From Desulfatiglandales bacterium (GTDB lineage: Bacteria; Desulfobacterota; DSM-4660; Desulfatiglandales; Desulfatiglandaceae), in contig OY759599.1 in NCBI GenBank assembly GCA_963662465.1, positions 4,384,001 through 4,448,000 of the forward strand: a stretch of DNA of 64,000 nucleotides, written 5' to 3'. Below are positions 62,818-64,000 of this stretch, piece after piece. Both the position numbers and the translations under genes were made by a program. Numbering within the stretch: the stretch's first letter is position 1; every line of letters begins with the position of its first letter. Below the pieces are notes generated by a model, which did not search any database, was not told where the DNA came from, and worked only from the letters and a program-made list of their open reading frames with translations.

Positions 62818-62919
62818 TTATGATAGGAGTTGACCGAAATAGGTAATCATTACGACGATTGCGCCGACAATAATACCCCAAACGCCATACTTAATTTTAC
62901 TCGCACTTTCCGGTTTCAT
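62818..62919 (-). CDS. Possible 33-aa membrane peptide or gene fragment
   Basis: RBS AGGAGG; MKPESASKIKYGVWGIIVGAIVVMITYFGQLLS. Confidence 0.35.
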   Translation of the reverse strand: MKPESASKIKYGVWGIIVGAIVVMITYFGQLLS

Positions 62920-63007
62920 TGTTCCTACCTCCTTGAATTTGAGTTACACTTTGTGGGAACATCGCCACTGTTAAGCTTTGCCATGGAATTGGCGCCAAAA
63001 ATCCATC

Positions 63008-63931
63008 TCAAATTTCAATCTCGTAGAGGCGGTGTTCCCCGCTTAAACCCTTTAATCGGGCGAGATACATCTTTCCAGACGTTATCAGGCCATCTATTTT
63101 CTCTTTGGCCGATTGGGAAATAAGAAGCTTTGTGCCGAAATCCTTATTTGCACTTTCTATTCGGCTGGCAGTATTCACCACATCGCCTATAGCGGAAATT
63201 TTGCGCATGGTGCCAGTATCAAAATTGCCCACAATGGCTTTTCCAAAATTTATGCCTGACCTGATTGAAAAAGACCAATCAAACATTTTTCTGAGATACC
63301 TGTTAAACTCAGTCAAGGCTTCGTTCATATCTTGAACAGCATGCACCGCATCCAATACGGGATTCTTGCTCTCTTCGACTAGACCGAACAATGCCAGGAT
63401 ACCGTCGCCAGCCACATCGCTGATTACACCTTTATGCTGCACAATGATTTCGTTCATGGTTTGATAGTATCGGTTTAAAACATGCACCACGTCATAAGCA
63501 GGGAATGCCTCGGTGAACTGCGTATAGTTTTCAATGTCAGCAAATAAAATCGCCAGATCTTTTTCCTGGCCGAGTCTGGTACCGGGTAAATTATCAAACT
63601 GCTTTAAGACGATTTCCAAATCCAGCTTATCAACGACCGGACGTTTTATGGTGATGTCGCCTTTAATCCGGGTCTGGCAGGCCAGTCGAATAGTTTCAGG
63701 AAATCCCATTTTCTCCGCTAGAAGTGCCTCTGTCTCATTCCTGGTCCGACAGTTTTGCAATCCGTCCATGATATAAATCCGGCAGGTCGTACAACGGGCT
63801 TCACCGCCACAAGCATGAATCTGATCGATATCGGCCTTATGCAGGGCCTCAAGGACCGTATCATCGGGGGAGGCCGGAACAGTTTTATTATCTGTTTGTG
63901 AAAATATTCTAAACATTGCCATGCCCATCAA
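63008..63931 (-). CDS. 2Fe-2S ferredoxin fused to a class III adenylate/guanylate cyclase
   Basis: CGGEARCTTC...RLACQ; FADIENYT, GDG, IGDVVNTASRIE. Confidence 0.9.
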   Translation of the reverse strand: MMGMAMFRIFSQTDNKTVPASPDDTVLEALHKADIDQIHACGGEARCTTCRIYIMDGLQNCRTRNETEALLAEKMGFPETIRLACQTRIKGDITIKRPVVDKLDLEIVLKQFDNLPGTRLGQEKDLAILFADIENYTQFTEAFPAYDVVHVLNRYYQTMNEIIVQHKGVISDVAGDGILALFGLVEESKNPVLDAVHAVQDMNEALTEFNRYLRKMFDWSFSIRSGINFGKAIVGNFDTGTMRKISAIGDVVNTASRIESANKDFGTKLLISQSAKEKIDGLITSGKMYLARLKGLSGEHRLYEIEI

Positions 63932-64000
63932 GAGAGAATAAGTCTCAATCCAGGTTGATATAATCGATAATCAATTTTTAATCGCTGAATACATGATCCA

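Overview
The left two-thirds of the window (about 1.3-42.4 kb) is a chromosomal integron. The integron integrase intI is at 41366-42361 (+), attI is at about 41229, and a minus-strand cassette array runs leftwards to about 1400. The first 12.9 kb of the array is eight apparently identical, head-to-tail 1609-bp units. Each unit has cassette structure (G/TT crossover, own 131-bp attC) and encodes only an IS91-family HUH (Y2) transposase. The remaining cassettes (DUF1566 protein, three toxin-antitoxin pairs, hypothetical proteins) are heavily invaded by mobile elements. These are: a complete group IIB intron whose EBS1/EBS2 match the attC top strand exactly; two remnants of a class E-like intron inserted at the same position in two other attC sites; an ORF-less intron nested in one of those remnants; three copies of a 2006-bp IS; a nested IS66>RIT>IS21 stack; and a decayed transposase resembling eukaryotic Sola-type transposases. 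The right third is ordinary metabolic and transport DNA: a Liv-type ABC transporter, a YbhGFSR-like efflux system, an acyl-CoA synthetase, an enoyl-CoA hydratase and an adenylate cyclase. Gene content suggests a Desulfobacterota-like host (inference only). All family assignments come from motif recognition by eye; no searches were run.
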